Part shown: positions 55,557 through 59,857 of the stretch, piece by piece
Layout: each line of letters begins with the position of its first letter
How positions within the stretch are numbered: position 1 is the stretch's first letter
Virus record (IMG/VR): IMGVR_UViG_3300012347_000101
Location: 1 to 59,857 of that record
Direction: 5' to 3' (one strand)
From: a virus
Taxonomy: Duplodnaviria; Caudoviricetes
Length of the DNA stretch: 59,857 nucleotides
Translations under genes and position numbers: made by a program
The notes under the pieces: generated by a model
Told to the model about the DNA's origin: nothing
Seen by the model: the letters and a program-made list of their open reading frames with translations, nothing else
Databases searched by the model: none

Positions 55557-57094
55557 CCCAGCACCGTCTTGTCTGTTTTGTTGCCGTCTTCAAGATGACC
55601 GATGATTTGCCCCATCTGGTAGTTACCGCCCACGCAGTACGACTTGAACTTGACACGCAGCTCGCGGCGTTGTTCTTTGAGCATGGTGATCTGCTCGTAG
55701 GGTTTGTCAATGTTTGAAGGGTCAACAATCGTGAACTCAGAGCTAATGACCTCAGGGGCACGAGCGTTAGCGCGGCCTGTGACCTGTACGGTCATGTCGC
55801 CGGACTGAACGAAGTCAGGCTCAATAGTGCTGATTCTCAGGTAAGAGTTAACGCCCTTAGTCGCCATTGAGGACAGGTCACAGGTCTCAAAATAAGACTC
55901 GATCGGCATCATGCTCTGGCCGTCGATCTCATCTGTACCTTGTTCATGGATCCAGACCTTGTAGTCTGTACCGGTCACGTTGGCGGGCAGGATGGGGGCG
56001 GCGTAGGCGTTGCAGTAAGTCGCAGCCACGCGACCCGAGGCCGGTAGCTCGGTATCATACCAAGTGTTCTCGCGCACGTTGTACACCACGGCGTGGGTGC
56101 ACTCAGTGGCGTCACCGCGCGGGTACGCCCACCAGATCTCACCGTAGCGCGGTGTGGTGTAGGCGTAAACCTTGCTACGCTGCTGGGGGTTCAGGCCGTC
56201 AAAAAACCAGTTCAGGTTCAACTGGTTAGGCACTTCGCGCACCACGCCGTTAAACATGAGGAAGCGATCAACCCCCGCCCAGTAGAACACACCGTCATAG
56301 TCAATCACGCTGTCGGCGGACATAATAGAGGTGTTGGTGGCAATGGTGTCAAAAGCGAACACAGTTGAGCCGCCCGTAAAGGTCATACGGATGACGGCAT
56401 CGTACGCCCACAAGACACCCGCAGGGGCTGAGCCCGAACCGGCGCGCAGGGGTAGACCTTTAACGATTTTCTGACCCCAAGCGCGAGCGATACCTGAGCC
56501 CGAGCCGCTCAAATCAGTAGGGTCTCCCGCCACAGACCAACCCACAACGCCCGCCGTGCCGTAGTACACGAGGTAGGGGTGTAACACCACGATGCCGCCA
56601 GTTGCATTAGCACCGGCGGGCAGGGTGATCTCAGCTAAAGCCGAAGTGCCCGTAACGGGGCCGTGAAAAATCTGCCCGCCTTGGTCATTACAGATACATT
56701 GTCCGTTAGGGGCCACGTGCGCAATGATACTGTTTTCAGTCGTCGAGGAGTCGTACATGTAGTCGAACATCCAGCGGTTCTGCTGAGAAACATCTAACGT
56801 AGAGGGTGTCCGGTCTGAGATGACCGAGCTGTTCTTGTTACCGTCGAGTGTGAAGCGTTCTAACGCCTCGGTGGAACCTGAATGGCAATAAACCAGACCC
56901 TGCTGAACGAAGTTAGTGAACCCGCGCGACAGAGCCGACAGCGTCTTCACGATTGAGCGGTAGCCGCCTATTTTGCGAGGCAACCCGCGCTGAAACCGCA
57001 CCCATTGGCCATCGGTGTAAAAGTCTCCGTCAAACTTAGTACCATCCCGCTTGATACCAGGAAGAGAGCGTAGGATTGAGGTAGACACCGGCAT
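55553..57094 (-). CDS. Tail hub/nozzle protein (P22 gp10-like beta-propeller)
   Basis: PGIKRDGT...WVRF..G.P.KIGGY, EIWW.YP, YN..EN.W; position. Confidence 0.7.
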   Translation of the reverse strand: MPVSTSILRSLPGIKRDGTKFDGDFYTDGQWVRFQRGLPRKIGGYRSIVKTLSALSRGFTNFVQQGLVYCHSGSTEALERFTLDGNKNSSVISDRTPSTLDVSQQNRWMFDYMYDSSTTENSIIAHVAPNGQCICNDQGGQIFHGPVTGTSALAEITLPAGANATGGIVVLHPYLVYYGTAGVVGWSVAGDPTDLSGSGSGIARAWGQKIVKGLPLRAGSGSAPAGVLWAYDAVIRMTFTGGSTVFAFDTIATNTSIMSADSVIDYDGVFYWAGVDRFLMFNGVVREVPNQLNLNWFFDGLNPQQRSKVYAYTTPRYGEIWWAYPRGDATECTHAVVYNVRENTWYDTELPASGRVAATYCNAYAAPILPANVTGTDYKVWIHEQGTDEIDGQSMMPIESYFETCDLSSMATKGVNSYLRISTIEPDFVQSGDMTVQVTGRANARAPEVISSEFTIVDPSNIDKPYEQITMLKEQRRELRVKFKSYCVGGNYQMGQIIGHLEDGNKTDKTVLG

Positions 57095-58425
57095 CAGAAC
57101 GATCCGCCGTTAACCGTACCAGCAGGGGCGACCCCGAGCGTTGTCCATGCCGCCGCTGTGTCCGCTGCCGTAAATAAAGCTGCGCCGACAGTGGTCGCGC
57201 CGAGGTCAGTTCTAGCAGCGGAAGCCGAGGCCGCCGTAAACACCGCCGCACCAACCGAAGTTGCGCCGAGGTCAGTTCTAGCGGCAGAAGCCGAGGCCGA
57301 AGTGAACAGAGAGATACCTAACGAGGTGCCGCCGAGGTTGATTCGAGCGCCCGCCGCCGTAGTTGCGCCGGTTCCGCCTTCGGCCACGAGAATAGGTAAC
57401 GCAACGCCAGCTGTGTCAGCCGGAACCACGTTTGTACCGTTACAGTACAAGATCACGCTCTGACCTTGAGCAATGGTGTAGCCGGTGCCCGCAGCGGTTT
57501 TGACCGTGAGGTCGTAAGCACCGGTGGTGCTGTTAGTCACCCAGTATTGTTGCACCGTGACCGGTACAATCACGTTACGGTCACCGGTCAAGGTTCCCGT
57601 AAAGTCGTAGGCGATGCGGTTCAGCTCAGAACCCGTGAGGGTGTAGTCACCCGTGCCGCCGATAGCGATGGACGTGTAGTCAAACGCAAACACGGCGTCT
57701 TTACCGTAGCCGATGGTGAAGTAGTTGACCCCGTCTGTGACGATCATTGACGACTCGCCAGGATTGTAGGTCTTTGTGGAGCTACCGTCAATAGAGACAG
57801 AACCTGACGGGTCAACGAGCAGCGCGCCCGAGCCTTGGTTGCTCACGTTGATGAACCAACCGTTACCCACTGTGGCTGCTGAGGGTAGCGTCAAAGTACC
57901 GCCTGCGCCGTTCCACACAAAGAACTTTGAACGGTCAGTGTCACCGGCGGTGTAGCTGCTGTTGAAGTCTGTGGTGGGCATGTCCTGAGACAACGCCGTT
58001 CCGACTGCGATTAAGCCGGTTCCCGCTAACGTAGAAGCGTTGGCCGCCGACAGCGCAGCGCCGTACTGGAACGTGCGCCACACGCCAGCCGCAGTGGTGT
58101 TGTTGGTCAGATAAATTTGCCAGCTCGTACCCGCCGCCATCGCGATCTGTTGCGTACCGGCTGAGTTCTTAACCAGTACTTGGGTCGCACCATAGTTGGT
58201 GAACAAGATGGTCTCACCGGTGCCTGCCTTGTTAGCTTCGGGCAGGTAGATGCTCCAACCGCCAACCGCCGCTGTCACATCGATGATACGGGTGGCGAGG
58301 TTGTCGTTAGTGGAGGTTTCCTCTGGCCAGCTGAGCACAACGTCTGCCGTCAGCGTCAGAGAGCTATAGCTGACCTCGCTGGGGTAGATGTTAGCGCCGC
58401 CAAAGACGTTAGTGTAGGTCGTCAT
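57094..58425 (-). CDS. Tail fibre/needle-like structural protein
   Basis: TLPSAATVGNGW, GGTGATTAAGARINLG, 22-aa tandem repeats (66-bp period at 57197/57263), ends NGGSF. Confidence 0.65.
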   Translation of the reverse strand: MTTYTNVFGGANIYPSEVSYSSLTLTADVVLSWPEETSTNDNLATRIIDVTAAVGGWSIYLPEANKAGTGETILFTNYGATQVLVKNSAGTQQIAMAAGTSWQIYLTNNTTAAGVWRTFQYGAALSAANASTLAGTGLIAVGTALSQDMPTTDFNSSYTAGDTDRSKFFVWNGAGGTLTLPSAATVGNGWFINVSNQGSGALLVDPSGSVSIDGSSTKTYNPGESSMIVTDGVNYFTIGYGKDAVFAFDYTSIAIGGTGDYTLTGSELNRIAYDFTGTLTGDRNVIVPVTVQQYWVTNSTTGAYDLTVKTAAGTGYTIAQGQSVILYCNGTNVVPADTAGVALPILVAEGGTGATTAAGARINLGGTSLGISLFTSASASAARTDLGATSVGAAVFTAASASAARTDLGATTVGAALFTAADTAAAWTTLGVAPAGTVNGGSF

Positions 58426-59057
58426 TATGCTTCACTCCGGTTTGCGGTACGATCCAGAATGCGCTTGAGGTCTTCACCGTTCAAGGCTTGTGCGGCGCGG
58501 TCGTACATGTTTTGCCATGTTTGGATACGTTCATCGTTCTTGAGGAACGGGGTGGCCTCGAGCAGCGTGGCGTAAAGCAAAACGTCAGGTGCGTACTCGG
58601 TGAGCCAGTTGGTTTGTACATCGTCGCCCAACAGGGGCGGCTGCTCGTAGTACACGATCTCTAACGTGCTGGTGGCGTTAGGTGTGGGGGTGATGAGCCA
58701 GTGTTGGTAGTCGTAGTCGGCGTAGAACTGAGGGGTGCCGGTTTGAGCCTCATCAGGCCAATATGAACGGCAGTACTCGTACGAGCGGGTGAAAATGGGC
58801 TTACCGTTCACGGTCATACTCACGGTATCACGCCAACGATCGGGCTTCATGTAGACGGCCACGCCGGTTTGTAGCGGGGTGGTCACAGCGGTAATAAAAC
58901 CGGTGATCTTCAGCTCACGCGCGATGCGCCGCTCACCTAGCGTAACTAGGCGCGGCAACTGCTCGTAAACATACTGGTCGCTCTCTTGCGTAAAACCACG
59001 CTCAAGGTAGCGCCGTACATCTTGCAGCAGCGAAGAATACGTCATTGAATAGCTCAT
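58425..59057 (-). CDS. Head-tail adaptor protein (start ATG 59057 or 59045)
   Basis: MTYSSL...E.RI.R.L, G.P.FYA, PTP, NWL...PD.LLY..L.EA..FLKNDER. Confidence 0.7.
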   Translation of the reverse strand: MSYSMTYSSLLQDVRRYLERGFTQESDQYVYEQLPRLVTLGERRIARELKITGFITAVTTPLQTGVAVYMKPDRWRDTVSMTVNGKPIFTRSYEYCRSYWPDEAQTGTPQFYADYDYQHWLITPTPNATSTLEIVYYEQPPLLGDDVQTNWLTEYAPDVLLYATLLEATPFLKNDERIQTWQNMYDRAAQALNGEDLKRILDRTANRSEA

Positions 59058-59104
59058 TAATACTCCAAAGGTACAAGCAGCTGATTCAGCCAACGCTGGT
59101 GGAA

Positions 59105-59133
59105 ATTATAGGTGGGAAACATGAATGGAGCAA
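59105..59133 (-). promoter_or_regulatory. Sigma70-like promoter for the tail/ejection operon
   Basis: TTGCTC-17 bp-TATAAT. Confidence 0.7.
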
Positions 59134-59137
59134 AATT

Positions 59138-59737
59138 TTAAACGGACAATACGTTCAAGGCTTCATTGGTGTGTTTGATGCGGTCATCAAGGCCGATGGT
59201 GCCGCCGTTGATCTTCTTTGTCAAAGCTGTCCAGTTAGCCTCATCCGCTAGAGGGTTGCACCCGTGCGTAGACCAGAACCACGCCGCAGTCAACGCCGCA
59301 AAGCGCGGGGTCGCCACGAGGTCGGGTTCTTTGACGAAGTCAAACCCTAGAGCTTGCCCAGCATGAAAATAGTTAGCATGCCCAGTAAGCTGGATACAGC
59401 CGCGACCACGAAAACGATACCCATCACCAGAAGACTCATCACGATTTCCCATTCGAGACGCATAAACAGAGTTCGCAATTTTCTTAGGGTTTCCGGCATA
59501 CTGGTTGGCGATTTCTAATGAGGGGAAACGGCGGGGCCAGAGCTTCATCAGCGTGGCGGCGCGGTAGTTCAGGTTCTCTTCTAGGATACGGAAATTGCCA
59601 CACTCATGGCCACATTGACCAATGAAGGCCGCCCGCTGGCGCAGGGACTTGATGTTGAAGCGGTCAAATGCCTCATTTAACGCATCAACCCACTGGGGGC
59701 CGATGTGGAGCTTCTGGAGTTGTTCAGCGGTTACCAC
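59138..59737 (-). CDS. Glycoside hydrolase family 19 endolysin
   Basis: FIGQCGHEC, ENLNY, FRGRGCIQLTG..NY, INGG..GL.DR. Confidence 0.9.
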   Translation of the reverse strand: MVTAEQLQKLHIGPQWVDALNEAFDRFNIKSLRQRAAFIGQCGHECGNFRILEENLNYRAATLMKLWPRRFPSLEIANQYAGNPKKIANSVYASRMGNRDESSGDGYRFRGRGCIQLTGHANYFHAGQALGFDFVKEPDLVATPRFAALTAAWFWSTHGCNPLADEANWTALTKKINGGTIGLDDRIKHTNEALNVLSV

Positions 59738-59802
59738 TCAGGGTCTCCTTTACTTGGTTGTACCGGTCGATACAGGAGTTGAGTTCGATGATTGCTCGGT
59801 CA

Positions 59803-59857
59803 CCTTCGGCGACGAGCCTGATAAGGTCTTCAACAGTCTGTCCGTCAAGTTCGGCTC
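59803..59857. repeat. Second copy of the 55-bp terminal overlap
   Basis: Identical to 1-55. Confidence 0.95.

Noticed and set aside
1-59857. Stop-codon reassignment or a lysogeny module
   Set aside because: Core genes are intact in the standard code with dense coding; no integrase or CI-like repressor was recognised

Overview
The window is an apparently complete, circularly assembled ~59.8 kb tailed dsDNA phage genome: bases 1-55 repeat exactly at 59803-59857, and an Rz/Rz1 spanin pair reads in frame across the join. It looks podovirus-like, with a Mu gpT-type capsid, P22-like portal and tail hub, and ejection proteins. It is probably lytic (no integrase or repressor recognised) and infects a Gram-negative host (spanins, GH19 endolysin). 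The minus strand carries lysis, tail, head, packaging, primase-helicase and SF2 helicase genes. The plus strand (31.9-48.9 kb) carries early genes, a complete thymidine-hypermodification pathway and replication/recombination genes. The pathway comprises a dUMP hydroxymethylase, P-loop kinase, 5-hmdU DNA kinase, amino acid:DNA transferase, PLP enzyme, HD nucleotidase and DUF3310 protein, next to a family B polymerase. Highlights: (1) the hypermodification cassette lacks the radical-SAM and flavin tailoring enzymes and sits in a podoviral/PolB chassis; (2) by eye, CCNGG is purged genome-wide except CCWGG sites with a T directly 5' on one strand, which may be a footprint of the modified base; (3) a regulatory layout of palindromic box, -10 element, structured RNA leader and ATAACT repeats occurs twice, and one leader has a tRNA-like T-loop; (4) a pseudoknotted RNA lies downstream of the capsid gene; (5) there is an iteron-like region upstream of terS. 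All calls come from motif recognition by eye; no searches were run.
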